From positions 99,512,001 through 99,576,000 of the forward strand of contig CM052817.1 in assembly GCA_028534125.1 (NCBI GenBank): a DNA stretch of 64,000 bases, read 5' to 3'. Shown here piece after piece: positions 38,647 through 52,165 of this stretch (position 1 is its first letter; the number at the start of each line of letters is the position of its first letter). This DNA is from Lama glama. Lineage: Eukaryota. The position numbers were made by a program, and so were the translations under genes. The notes below the pieces were generated by a model, which saw only the letters and a program-made list of their open reading frames with translations, ran no database searches and was not told the origin of the DNA.

Positions 38647-41635
38647 CTGTAAGAAGACAAGATTTGGAAATAATTATTAGTTTTTGTTGAGGATCAGCAG
38701 GGTAAGCAGCCCACCTGGAGATGTATGTAGCTCTCCTCTTTATAAACTCATTTATCTTGATTTGCCGAGAGGATTAAACAATGTGCCACAAAGATGATCT
38801 ATACCCAACGATGCCATTTGCTTGTACACCTCTCCTCCTCAAAGCCCATTCCTTTGCTGTCATCACCCTTGCTGCACTTTTATTTTCCTGGTTGTATTTT
38901 GTGTCCCCCAATTCACCAGTCATCACTAATCTAAAATTCTTTCATAAATAGAAATACCAGTTATCACATATATGTATAAATGTTTTTCCCATCTAAATTG
39001 TTTATTGAGCACCCACTATGTGTCAGACACCATACCAGGCACTATGGACTCAGCAATGAATTAAGACCTTATTCCAGAGTTGGGAGACCAATCACTAAGC
39101 TGGCAGAGGAGGACACCAAGTACAGGTGGCCATCTCACTGGGACAGTCAGGGGAGGGCCCACTGAAAGTGACATTTAAGCAAAGACTTAGGCATGAGCAC
39201 TCATGAGCCATGTGCTTACTGCCTGCCTTGTCCTTTCCCATGTACTTTGTGGGAATTAACTCAGTGAAAACAATACTGCAGACTTTGAGGTAGGTACTAT
39301 CATCATCCCTGTTAGAGAGAGATTTTTATAGATCACCTTATTTTGAAGGAAAGGAAACTGAAGCTCAGAGAGATCAAGTGACTTGGCCAGTGTTGCATGT
39401 CTAGTTAGTGGCAGAGGCAGGATTCAAATCTGGTGGGATTCCAGGGTGTGTACTGCTAGCCTCTGGGCGATGTGGTCACCACATTTCACAGTGGACCTTT
39501 CTACTTAGAAAGGTTTTTACTATAATTGCCTTTTCTCAGCATCCCTGGCATTTTGTGCTCTGTGTTCATTCTTCCACATAATGGTATTCTCCTCTACTAT
39601 TTGGTTTATTCCACTCCTCCATCGCCTTATTATCAAATTTGTATTCTTTTGTGTCTTAAAAAGCCTCAGCCTGACTCAGAATACTCATTTATCCCCATCA
39701 GGTTAGTCCAAGGGGCTGTGTCTTATTCACGTGTGAATTATAACTCACCAGATGAAGACAATTTTTAAAATTATTTCCTGAAACTATTTTGTTCTTTATG
39801 GTTTCTAACCATTTCTTAGAATCTGGGTTTAAGATTCTATAATAGTCCAAGATGACCCTGGATACTTTTAAGACTATCTTTATCAGGCTAAATGGATTTA
39901 TCTGTAGCCTTTGTACACTGCCATTTGGAAAAATGGTTTGATTTAAGGCCTTTCTTAATGGAAAACGGAAAGGGAATACGCTGACTATCAAATGTCATTA
40001 ATCTACTTTACTCTGCTAAAATCTGTAAAAATTTTGGCATCAAAGTTTCTGTCATAAATAAGTTCTTTCCAATTTCTAAATTATAACATAAGCGTTGACT
40101 AAGACGATTTTTCTTAGGTCTGGACCACATGTACATACCATGTCAGTCTTCTGAGGGCCAGGACAATCTAAAAAATGTTTTATCAACTAATATTCTGTGT
40201 ATATTTAATAAAATATTAATGATCACCAATATTGAAAACACTACAGAATCCTTTAACCGAAAAACTCAAGAACTATCTTGCTTGCAGTTAGTCATTTGTA
40301 AAATGAGGACAACCTATTTTCTGTAAGATACTGTGAAGTCTGTTATTTTTATTGATGTAACCTGAATGGAGGCCAAAATAATATCCAAAAAGTCTGAATC
40401 CACAGTGTTCACTTACAGTAACATTTCATGTAAAGATAAAAGGAACGAATTTTGACTGACTCTCATGATTCAGAAGGACTAGGGCAACAGTTTCCAAACA
40501 TTTGGATTTTTATGGACCAAGAAATTGAAAAAAAAAGAGAAAGAAACTGATACAGGGTTACCAATTATAATTTTGTAAAAGAAATACCTACCATTTTCTA
40601 ACAATATTTTATAATAGGAATGATATTTTAATATGAAAAAGACAGAAGAAATTCTAAGAAAGGAAAACTCATCACAAGATAGAAGTTAGCAAACCTTATA
40701 CCGACATATGCTGGCATGCTTCCCCTTCTCCATAGCTCCCCTAAGGCCTGCACATACCCAGTGTCACTGTTTTCCTCATTTTGTTGTAGACAGGTGAAAA
40801 CCCTGTCTAGGTACCCACTGTCTTAAGTCTCATCTTGTCCAGTTACTCCTCGATAGGTTAATTCCTTCTATGGCTTCCCTGCCTCTCAGTACCTCCAGTG
40901 ATGGAGAACTGCCCGCTGTCTGACACAGGCTCTTCGGACAGGAGTGACTTACTGAACCCTCCCTTCTTCCCTTCCTCTGGCACAGTCCCAAACAACTACC
41001 CTGAATGCTTTCCCCTGACCACGGTCTAACTGCAGACTATGGAAACAGAATAATGGAAGTATTCTATTTTTACTTAAAAAAAAAAAAAGGCACTTCCTCC
41101 ATGACATAAGATGAAATTTTAGGCTTCTAAAAAAACCTTTGCAAAGTACTTTAACCTTTTGAGATCATTTCCCTGAAGTCTAGTTGGTGTCTTTGTGGAC
41201 AGGACTTCAGTGTCTTATGAGGCACTGCTGCAGAGGCCAATTGAATGTAGTGGGTGCCACCTGATTTCTCCAGTGACTTCAGACATGACAGTGGCAGGCT
41301 GTAAAGGCCATGAAGAGAATCATCCTTTACTAGGGCGACCACTGAAAACTCCAACATTATGGGATCACATGTTACAAGGCAGAGGAATAAGGACCCATTA
41401 GGCCATTGTGGGGCTATCAATATCAATAAGGTTTTCTTTGAGTACCTAAATGCCTTGCTGATAATTTATATTTATCCTATTCACTTTCTCTAATCTCATC
41501 CTTTAGAATGAGAGTCTGAGATCTGTTCATTCTTGGCTAATGATCAATACTCCACCCAAACGTTCACCCTTTAGTGGAAGACATTCCAAAACGTATAGCT
41601 GCTTAATGCAGTTACAACAAGATACACACTCTGAC

Positions 41636-41733
41636 CTTGAAGGAGAGCTCGTCTTCGTTCTCCCCATGGAAATCATACAAGGCCTTGGCTTTCCTCCCCT
41701 TCGGTGCAAAAGCAGCTGTACTTTTTGCATCAG
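41636..41733 (-). CDS. SH3D19: SH3D19 exon (start of SH3 #5)
   Basis: DAKSTAAFAPKGRKAKALYDFHGENEDELSFK; AG/GT bounded, phase 1-0. Confidence 0.95.
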
Positions 41734-42145
41734 CTGTGAAGACACCAAAAATTCAAATATATAGAAAGACATTGGACCTAAACACAAATCAGACATTTTA
41801 AGAAACCCCTTTGTTATTCTCAGGACATAATATTTTCAATCAAGTTTGGATTTATTTAACTGACCAAAAAAAAAAAATGACGATGTTCTCTTAGCAGGAA
41901 AAAAATTATACAAAATATATTTACAAGACAAAATTAGTCATTATCAAGTGAAGGCATTTTTTAATCTCTTTTTCCCCATAACTTCAACAACCTATATGAA
42001 GAAAGTCTGCATAACTTTCTAAATCAACTTTCAAATGTAGGCAAACAACGTAAATTGAGCCTGGCCCGAGGGAAAAGAAATCTACATCATTTCAAAGTCT
42101 CGGGCTCCCCTTAGAGCGCAAGAGCCCTCCCTGCAGCCGTCATAC

Positions 42146-42332
42146 CTGGGCAGGGCCGCACGAAGATGGCAGGGAAGATGCCCTCCCTGTCACGCAGCCT
42201 TCCCTTGTACCAGTCAGGGTCCACGCGCTCCAGGATCAGGATCCGGTCTCCCCTCTTGAAGGACAAGTCATCACTGGTCTCTGCCGTAAAACTGTGAAGA
42301 GCTTCGCACCATTCTCCAGAGAGACTGTTCTC
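42146..42332 (-). CDS. SH3D19: SH3D19 exon (SH3 #4)
   Basis: ENSLSGEWCEALHSFTAETSDDLSFKRGDRILILERVDPDWYKGRLRDREGIFPAIFVRPCP; phase 0-1. Confidence 0.95.
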
Positions 42333-42362
42333 CTGTTACAAATCAGAAGTGTGTTAAGAAAT

Positions 42363-42679
42363 CTTATGGTTACTGGGAGAAAAGGGGTGGTAAGGGATAA
42401 ATCTGGGAGTTTGAAACTTGCAAATAGTAACTACTGTAGATAAAAATAGATAAAAAACAAATTTATTCTGTATAGCATAGGGAACTATGTTCAATGTCTT
42501 ATAATCTTTTATGAAAAAGAATATGAAAATGAATATATGTATGTATATGCATGAGTGAGACATTGTGCTGTACAGCAGAGACTGACACAACATTATAACT
42601 GACTATACTGCAATTTAAAAAAATAATAAAAATAAAATAAAGTATGACTGAAGATCATTCAAACAGTAAAAGAAAAAAA
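42363..42679 (+). mobile_element. 5'-truncated L1 3' end with 16-bp TSD
   Basis: L1 3' UTR motifs; TSD aagtgtgttaagaaat at 42347-42362 and 42680-42695. Confidence 0.85.
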
Positions 42680-44744
42680 AAGTGTGTTAAGAAATTTAAA
42701 ATTTTATTTGAAATTAATTTCTACAAAGCTTAAAAAGTGATGGGAAAAAAGCTAAGAGGTTATAAGATTTCAAAGCCTGAAGTCCTCTTTAAATCACTCA
42801 ATCCTTCATGTCACTATCAAGTTCCAGAAATAAAAGTTTCCAATAACTTTTTTCTTAAGATATAATTCTAAATGACAGATGTGATTAAATTTGTGACTTT
42901 TCTGCTTAATTTAAGGAATACACAGTGCTTAAGTAAAGATTTTTCCTAATTATGATCTATGACATTAGTTACATTAAAAAATTAGATAAATGCTTACAAT
43001 ATTTATGTATACTGTTTATGACGCTACGAAAAAATTCTGGCAAAGTATGTAATTTTCAGTGAAGCTCTTCTTTACCTAAACTAGGGAGAATCAGAATGGG
43101 CAGTCTATTAATTCCCAGACTCAGAGGCTATCAGATTCCATAGCATAGGACTTCGTAAAGTCACACTTAATCTGTCGGGGCACAGTTAACTCTGAGGGGT
43201 AGCCACCCACATACGGTGGGCCAGTATGATGGAATGCTCCAACAAGAATGCTCTTACTGCAAACACATCAGAAGAAGGTTCTGTCCTGTGAAGAAGTGTC
43301 TCTGTCAAGTTGGATGAGAGCCCTACATTCAAGAAGCTCAAGCAGGGAGAAGAGGATGATGCTCAGAGCAAAGGCTTGGGGCCAGACGGGCCTGTGCTCC
43401 GGATCCAGCTCTGCCACCTCCCAGCTGACACTAGGCAAGAAGCTTCTCTGCTCGGAGCCTCAGCTTCATCTTAGAGGGGCTGTGGTTGCTCAAATGAGGT
43501 AATACGTGTAGGATGCTTAGCACAGTGCCTGGTACGACTTAAGTTCTCAACAACCGAGGGCTTAAAAAACAAGAAAAACCAAGCAAGCAAAAACCCCAAC
43601 CCTACCCTCTTGCTCCTGCACCTGAGCAGCCAACCTGAAGAACAGTACTTATCAGTCCCAGGAAAAACAGGCAACCACATGAACATTTCCTTTTGGAGAA
43701 CTGTAGCCACTTTCTTTCCTGCTTGACTTTATCAGTGGGTGGAGATGAAAGAATTGAGAGGCACTCAGCCCAATTACCAGTGACATTTTGACAAATAATG
43801 ACCCCATCAGGCTCATTCTTTTAAACATGTCACAAAAAACAATGGAAGTCACCCACATTCCTATTCAGTTTAAATCATGTTCTTCTGAAGTCATGTATAC
43901 AGTGTGAGCATTTTAATCCACTTTTCTCTCTCTCCCATTATTAAAAAAAATAAAATGTTCTTAAACATTTGGCAAATCTGGAAATGTAGGAAGAGTGAGA
44001 AAAACGCCACCCACTTATAATCTTACCACCTAAGGGCAACTGAATGTTAACAACTTCAGCCGTTTCCTTCTAGTCTTTTTATGCTATATATTCAATTTCC
44101 GCATACTATGTTTTCCTCACATGAGATTCACTTTATAAATCTAGCTTTTCGCAGCCTCAGAACATTCTTCCAATAATGGTCATATTTAGGTTATTTCCCA
44201 TTTTTTTCCGTTATAATAATACCACTAAGACCATCTTTGTGACTGAAATCTTGTCTCATGTTTCTTCCTTTTCTTAGGGTGAGAAATCAAAATAATTGTA
44301 ACAATAATCTGCACTTTGTCTCTTTTTAAATATTCACATACTTATATTTACTTGTTTAGAGGAGAGCTGTGTTGAATCTCTGCTAACTGAATATGTTAGA
44401 TGGCATTTCATTGTTGCTTTACAAGGCATTTCTCTGATTACTGTAAGGCTACAAACTTTTTCATATCAGCCACTTCTGTGAGTATCTATAAGATACTATT
44501 ATCTCTTTTATGGATATTCCAATCATGCCTCTTTCCTTGGTTTTTTATTGGGGTTTGCATGTCTTTCCAAATCATTTGAATGAGTTCCATGTGCAACAGA
44601 GGTATTACTCATCTATTTATTTCTAACATTTGCTACATGAATTAAAAATGATATATAACATTTTCTTATGATAATTATGATTTTAATAGTCCTCCCAGAG
44701 ATGAAACCTGGCTTTCAGTATACTTATCTATTCAAGCAGCCTAC

Positions 44745-44797
44745 CTGAGAATTTGCACCAGCATCTTCTTTTTTGGTCTTCGGTGGTACCTTTGTGC
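44745..44797 (-). CDS. SH3D19: SH3D19 linker exon
   Basis: (S)TKVPPKTKKEDAGANSQ; TAG acceptor, GTAGGC donor; phase 1-0. Confidence 0.92.
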
Positions 44798-45245
44798 CTA
44801 TGTTAAAAAAAAAAAAAAAGGTGAAAACTTCAGATGTAAAGACCATATAGTATTACAGGAAACTGTAGGGGGAGTGTGAAAAGTCTGGGACTCCAGATCA
44901 GTCTCTCCATGATCTGGTTACGTAACTTTGCCGAGCATTACCCTCCTGCGTTTGCTTCCTTTACTGTAAAGTGAAGGAGGATACGCATAAGTTATACTCT
45001 ACAAGCCATTTCTGTTTAGAAGTCGATGATTCTTTGTCTGCCATTTCTGATGTGAAGCTACTGTAATTACCCAAAACACCAAAACCAGCTCTCTGAGAGA
45101 CTGCCCCAATAATGACAATTACCATCTCAAAGTCATTTTTCCTTCTATCTTAAAAAAAGATGGCAGTCTGGGTTATTAAGCAGTTTAAGTATTAGCCTCT
45201 TATTTGGTTTATTTGAATTAGGATAACCGTGTTGCCTATACTCAC

Positions 45246-45448
45246 TTAACACATGTGCACCAGAGGCGGGGTGACCCTCAATGAGCTCCACAAAGTTAAG
45301 GGGGAAGATCCCACTTCTGTCTCGAAGTTCTCCTCTCGCCCACTCTTCATTCACATATTCCTTAAGAATAATAACGTCTCCCTCCGAGAAACTTAACTCG
45401 TCCTTCTGGTCGCCAATATATTCAAATCGAGCAACACATCTTGGGCCC
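45246..45448 (-). CDS. SH3D19: SH3D19 exon (SH3 #3)
   Basis: GPRCVARFEYIGDQKDELSFSEGDVIILKEYVNEEWARGELRDRSGIFPLNFVEL...HVL; phase 2-1. Confidence 0.96.
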
Positions 45449-47087
45449 CTGAAGAAAGAAAATCCCATTTGTGGGTTAAACTAGAGAGTACTAACTTTCA
45501 AAATGCCTTACAACCCTTATTCAGTCTTTCAATGAATATCTATTGTGTGTTTACTGTGCAACAAGGTATATCAGGCATAATTTAAAATCTTCCATGAAAA
45601 AGAGTAAGTTACATTTCTAAATTAGAGTCCTTACTTTTTAGATATGAACCTATTCACTCAGAAAGGCTAAAGCCAAGGTCACAAGTACAGAACCCCAGAT
45701 AAGCAGCGGGGTGGTTGGTCTACGCTGCCACGCCTCTGGTCACCTTTTCTTCATTCCAGAATTTCCCCAGTCTCCATGTCTCGGTATCCTTGGGCCACAG
45801 TAATCCAGGGCCAAGTCTGAACCCTCTCAGTCATAGAAGCTCTGAGCTTACGAGTGCTAACCCTGAGAGACTCGGGGCAAGACATCAAGCTTCCCGGGCA
45901 GGATGCAACGGGCACCAGCTGGGCAGGGTCCGTGCTCACCAGATGCTGAGTCAGTGAGCTGTGTATACAGATGAGAGGCCTTCACAACTAGAAGGTTCGA
46001 AGAAAGCAGAAGCTCGGCATATTATTGTACAACGTTTGCTCTCATACCTAACACTGTTGTTTTAAAAATGATTTTTTTCTATCTCCTTTAAAAAGGCTTC
46101 ATTTGTAAAAATTAGAACAATCCTTAAATGATCTGCAGTTTTGACTGAAAAGAAGGTAAAAAAACAGATGAAATTGTGTCCCTAGAAGACATGATTGAAT
46201 ATGAAACCTTTGATTTGAGGCTTTAGAAAGGAAGTTTCAATAGCAACAGGCTAAGGAGATGCAACTGCCTGAAGGGAAAAGCTTGGTACTGGCTCCAGTC
46301 AAAGTCTGATTTAAGTCAAATCAACGGACCATCGGCCATGAAAGCCCACTTTAAATTCAACCCGTTGACACAGTAAACACTGCTCAAAAATAGGAGAAAA
46401 ACAGAACCTGAAATAGAATTCAACTACTGTGGCATCAGAAGCTTTCTTATTTGTGATAACCTTTGCATTTATTTTCTAAAGTCCCCAGGGAGCAGATCTT
46501 CTTCTGTCTGACCTATTCAAAGACAGGTTTACAGTCTTCAGCAGGTACTGAATTCTATTAATTTGCTCATTTAACTGGAATATAAAGTTGCACTGTGGCA
46601 ATGTTTTAAATCACAAAGGAGTTACAATGGTGCATAAAAGGGTACATAAATTCACAGTAAGGTCTTTAAACGTAAAGGAAGGCTCCTCCAACTTAACTCT
46701 TCCTTTACTGTCTTCTGATTCCTCTCAAAAACAAAACAATGCAAAGTGCCGAGCAGTTTTTGTAGGGTACGTATTTCTATTAGGTTTAAATATATCCTAT
46801 GACAAAAATATCTGAACCTTTTAGAAATCTGTTGGTAGACAATCCCCAGAGGGCCAATAGGACGACGAAACCCCTCTGCTCAAGCCGAGGCCAACTGTGG
46901 GAAGCATCGGGGGAGACTGGGGCTGTCCACGTGCCCGGTGCTGATGTGGAGACTGCTCATGTCAGCTTCTGTCAGCACGCTGCAGTCTCATCAGAATTTT
47001 TAAACAAGCAGTTTTCCTCATAATTAAAAAGACACACTGAGAATCTGAATGATCATATATCTGAAGTGTTTAAGCTTGTTAATTCTT

Positions 47088-47176
47088 CTTTCTTAAGATT
47101 TTTTTTGGGGGGAAGTAATTAGGTTTATCTATCTATCTACCTATCTATCTATCTACCTACCTATCTATCTACCTAC

Positions 47177-47236
<60 letters not shown>

Positions 47237-47313
47237 TTAATGGAGATCCTGGGGATAGAACCCAGGACCTTGTGCATGCTAAGCACACACTCTACCTCTG
47301 AGCTGTACCCTCC
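47088..47313 (-). mobile_element. Vic-1-type SINE containing an expanded (TATC)n/(TACC) microsatellite, with 17-bp TSD
   Basis: tRNA-like head on the minus strand; repeat at about 47126-47236; TSD taagcttgttaattctt at 47071-47087 and 47314-47330. Confidence 0.9.
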
Positions 47314-47389
47314 TAAGCTTGTTAATTCTTTATGGTATAAATGCTCACAACCTTTGTGTTTTATGCAAAAGAACACAAGTCAAACTTAC

Positions 47390-47445
47390 TTAACACAATG
47401 AGATGAAACTGATTCCCTTTTCCCATTTCCTCCTGGAACATCAAC
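47390..47445 (-). CDS. SH3D19: SH3D19 linker exon
   Basis: VDVPGGNGKRESVSSHCV(K); TAG acceptor, GTAAGT donor; phase 0-2 bridges the neighbouring exons. Confidence 0.92.
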
Positions 47446-48363
47446 CTAGTGAAGACAAAATCAAGGGAACAATTGTATTATTTTAGTTTTTAGTAAGATA
47501 AATTTAAAGCTAAGTAATAGGAAACGCATGACTGAAGTTAGCCATTTTAGCAAGGTATTAAAGAGATAAATGTACCTACCATAGATGCTAAAAAGGTAAA
47601 AAACCCAGATTTTGGGTTTTGAAAAAAAATGCATAACTTGTGAGGTAGCCTTCTTTGAATAGCCAATCAATCCCTTTCTTATGTGCTGGAATAAGCACAT
47701 TAAAGTCTTTCTACCCCTGACTGAGTGTCTTCTGTCCCCTCCCCCTATATCGAGAACTTCCAGTGAGGAGGACTTAGGATAGAAACTAGACATCAGGCAT
47801 CTGAGCACCACCTAGACACCTATTCATAGTGCTAGTAGAGTTCTGCAATATTTTCGTGCCCCTAGAATAAAATATTTTAGTCCAACTTGTGAATTCTCTT
47901 CATTTTCATAATTCTGGTACATGGTTTTTTTCCCTTCGGTGTGAGTTGGGAAGGAAGAAAGGAATTAGTACTCAGTGAGCATCTAGTAAGTGATAAGCAT
48001 TTTTCATACAACACTTCATTTCCAGGGCTCAGTAGAGCTGTGCTGTGATGAAATATTTGACTGTAACGCACTAAGTCCAAAAACTACTTAAGGCTTGGAG
48101 GTTTACATTAAATAAATCAGTGCCCTTCTTGATGGATTCCAAAAGTTCGAAGTTTTAAAACAATTTTTTAAACTTGTAAGCTTAGAAATAACACTTATAT
48201 CAATAATGTGGCAAATTCAGTGTGATTGATTTCAGTGTGGTAATTGTGCTTTTTTAAAGTACTGCTACATTGGGCAGAAGAAAAAATGAGGAAGAGAGCA
48301 AAAACTAACATAATTCTTAATATTAATTTAGAGAATGTGGTTGGATTTCTCCAAAGAATCAGG

Positions 48364-48390
48364 ATATATATATATATATATATATATATA
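48364..48390. repeat. (AT)n microsatellite
   Basis: Visible AT run. Confidence 0.9.
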
Positions 48391-49339
48391 CCAGACAATT
48401 TTTAAGACCCACATTTTGTTCAAGAGACTCAAACTCATCTATATTTGAAAAAAAATAGGTTTTCTGTTATATTTGTTTTCTAAGTTTCTGATGTAATGGA
48501 AAATCATTTGCCTTTTTCCCCCAAATAAGTCGTTAATTCTCAATGACGTAAGCTAGCTTTATTGATACTTTCCAGTATCAGTAAGTCACATCAGGGCCTG
48601 AGACACACTCTTCCTATTGATATAAATGTTTGAATGGCAGCCTGATTTCAGCCCCATGTTTCACACACCCAGGCTCAGTACTCAGGGCTCTACCTGCCAT
48701 CAGCAGGGCCTGCTTTCACAAGTAGGCCATGAAGGACATGAGGGTGTCCAAATTCTGACACTTTAATGTAATTTTTCCCAATGAGATTTGAAATTATTAT
48801 CTGAAAAACCATTAGTGGACTACTACCTCCAATGAAAGTACTTTAGTATTCCCAAATCTACTTTTTTTTTAAAGGTAGAGAAAAATGGGGGTGAAAAGGA
48901 TGAAGGAAACCAAAAATGAAACGTACTCCAAAGAAAAGGAGAAGTGGTACCATAACCTCAGAGAACATTCCTTCAGGACAATCCAGAATCATTTAATTCT
49001 TGCCCACCGAATGCTTCAGTGAATTAACATATATCCTCAAGTGCTCATCAGACCCTCCAGGAATAGTTCATTCACCAGTTGACCTGTAGTAGTTTTTCAC
49101 CTTGGGATTTCAGATAACACCTAAGCATCAAGTACCAATACTCCATAATATAATCACAATTAACCATTATCTAGTTGAACAAATCTTTATTTTTGAATTT
49201 TCCAACTACCAAAGGAATTAATGGAAGAGAAAGAGCCAGAACCCAAGAATCTAGGCTTCTGGTTACTTTTTTTCCAAACTGTAAATTACATGGAACCCAC
49301 TGAATATATGACCAATTTAAACAAGCACAACCTACTTAC

Positions 49340-49470
49340 AATTACTTTGACGTAGTTGGCAGGAAATACACCTGTCTGGTTTCTACATTTCCCTCTGTAC
49401 CAATCTGTATCTATTTTTTCCAGAAGATAAACAATTTCTCCAGATGTGAGGTTCAAATCATCAACTTGCT
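49340..49470 (-). CDS. SH3D19: SH3D19 exon (SH3 #2, C-terminal part)
   Basis: EQVDDLNLTSGEIVYLLEKIDTDWYRGKCRNQTGVFPANYVKVI; phase 1-0. Confidence 0.96.
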
Positions 49471-50492
49471 CTGTAACATAGAATTATAATTATGTCTGAT
49501 GAATTACCCTGGTTGCAGATCTGATTAAAGCAGAGCACAAAATAGCATTTAGTTCTGTCCACCGAGGCAGTATGTTCTGTTGATTCTGAGAACAGATTAT
49601 ACTAATCAAATTGACTTTAAAAATATATCCTTTTTCCGGGGGTGGATATTGTTGCTATAAGCTTTCCCTTTTAAGATCAAATTAGATATATTTACCATGC
49701 ATTGATTGATAGGAAATGGTTAAAAAAAAATACACACAAAACACTGTGCTTGCCAACGATTCCTACTGTGCCAATATAAACCTTCTGCTTAAAACGTACT
49801 TTAACAATGAGGGAGCATTACAGACATGGTATAATATTCATATTATTCTCAACCATGCTTAAAAATCATTTCAATCTCAAAATATTAACTAAGGGAGTCA
49901 TACAGCTCTTTAGAAAATAAATTTACTCACACTGAGATAAAAATCAGTCCACCAAGTAGATTAAAAAAAGATTATAAATAAATTAGGAATTTATTTTATT
50001 TGTTGCCTTGGATATAAAAGGTATTTAAAAACTGATTATAAAAATGTATATTTTCATTTCTTAAGTAATAGTTGATCTTTGTGTGTAGGTTTTACAACTC
50101 TTAGGAGAAAAGAACTTCACTTATTCAGTTAGAATTAATTTCATTACAGCTGTTATTTGGTACCCCTTGTTTTGAAAGAGTTAAAAAATTTGCAAATGGT
50201 AGGCAATTTGCTATTTGTTCATTTGTAAGGCAGACACCCTCTTCTCCTCTCTCTCTCTCACAGGCGGTTTCAAAGGCAAGGGTATGCAGCTAAGCTTCCT
50301 GAAATGGCTGGGTAGAGGTGACCCTTCCCGGATGGCTGCATACAAGGAACCCCTTGGGTGAGGATAAGATGACCTCTCCAGTCCAGGGCTCCGCTGGCAC
50401 CGAAAATGAACGATGTCTTTGAGAGGTTAACCCAGGGAGGACGCCTGATTGTGAACCATGTGGTTCTACCACTTTATTATTTATGTCCTTAC

Positions 50493-50565
50493 CTGCTGGA
50501 AAATCATGAAGAACGACAGCATGAGGGGCACCACTGTCAACAGGCTTCTGAGCAGGGCTTGGATC
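50493..50565 (-). CDS. SH3D19: SH3D19 exon (start of SH3 #2)
   Basis: DPSPAQKPVDSGAPHAVVLHDFPA; AAG acceptor, GTAAGG donor; phase 0-1. Confidence 0.92.
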
Positions 50566-51942
50566 CTTAGGGGGAAAACAGCGCGGTGAATGGAGTGTGC
50601 GGATGGACGCCAGGTTTATTATCACTCCGAGACCATTTTTCCCCCTCATTAGACTCCTCTTGACACAATTACATTGTGAGCACAAGATGCAAACCACATA
50701 ACTGAGCCAAACAAGGGAATCATTACCAAGTTGAAAAGACATGTGTCCTTGCCAGAGGAGGACAGAAATAACACTCCATTATAATATCCCCGGCATTTTT
50801 TTTTAACTAAAGAGAAAACAAAAGGAAATCACCTTTAAAAAACAAAAACAAAAACAGTATCTATTCTACCCCGAAGGAGTGGTTTCTGACCTCTTCATGT
50901 TTCAAAGGTCGCTCTTTCCATAAACTGTGATCAGGACTAAACCTTAAAACAGAGTCTTAAAAGTTGCGTCATCATTAAGATGGGAAAAGAAGAAAGTTCT
51001 GCAACTGATGCTCCTGACTTTTGTAATGAAAAGAGCTAATGACTCCACAAAAGGATAACTCACAAAAACTAAAATCCACTTCATTTATTACCACTTAACT
51101 GAATGCTTTCTCTAATTTGAAAGCCAATGCTACCTCTCATGCCTGGCCTGGATTTTGTATTTAATCTGCATGGTTTATTCAACAGTAATTCCAAGTAAAT
51201 TAGCAAAGAGAATTCAATATTCTCTACCCATCTAACCAACTGCTTAGATTGGGCAGAGGGGAAGGTAAAGTTGAAGAGTGACCGTTTCCTACTGACAAGC
51301 ACTTGGTATTAATTTCTTTATATGAAGAGACAGGCTTATTCACATCATCATCATCATCAAATCTGACTGAAGGATATTATTTGTAATTAGAACTGAAAAC
51401 TCTTCAACACTGCAAACCTGCGGAATAAATGCAGGCAGATTTTAATGCCCTCTATGGTCCCTTCCCTCCTTCAGTGACTCCTTAGGGACCACCCCTGTCC
51501 TGGCCATGATGCGCTCGGCCAGTCAGGCAGCACTGGATCGCGGTTCACTCTCTCTGCTTCCACTCTGCAGCACCCTTGCTGGACTCTTTTCTGAATCACC
51601 AGAATGCACCTGTGGATGCGTGCTGTGTACTCTTTCAAGTCGGTGATGGTGATACAATAATGGTTAACAGCAGCTTGCCACATCAGCTTACCAAAGCAAC
51701 GCTGAACATTTTCTTTGAGGCTGCTCAGTGCTTTTCCCTAAATAAGCATGATGGGAATATCAGGGACCATGGAAGGAACTGTGAGGGATTTTAAGCCTGG
51801 AGAAGTTTTAAAAATGATTATTTACACCAATTATTATGTGTGTCTTTGTGGTTTTCATTTTTTGCTGGTTTACATCTGTGGAAAAAGGAATGACTGGTCA
51901 ATAAATGGAGCTAGCCTAGATGGCTTTCCGTCTGGAAAAAAA

Positions 51943-52165
51943 CGAAGGGATAGACTGGGATTTCAAAATTGTAGAATAGATAAACAAGATTATACTGTAT
52001 AGCACAGGAAAATATACACAAAATGTTATGATAACACAGAGAAAAAAATGTGACAATGAGTGTGTATATGTCCATGAATGACTGAAAAATTGTGCTGAAC
52101 ACTGGAATTTGACACAACATTGTAAAATGATTATAAATCAATAAAAAATGTTAAAAAAAAAAAAA
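51943..52165 (+). mobile_element. Short L1 3' end with poly(A)
   Basis: gaagggatagactgggatttcaaaattgtagaatagataaacaag...ataaatcaataaaaaatgttaaaaaaaaaaaa. Confidence 0.75.
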
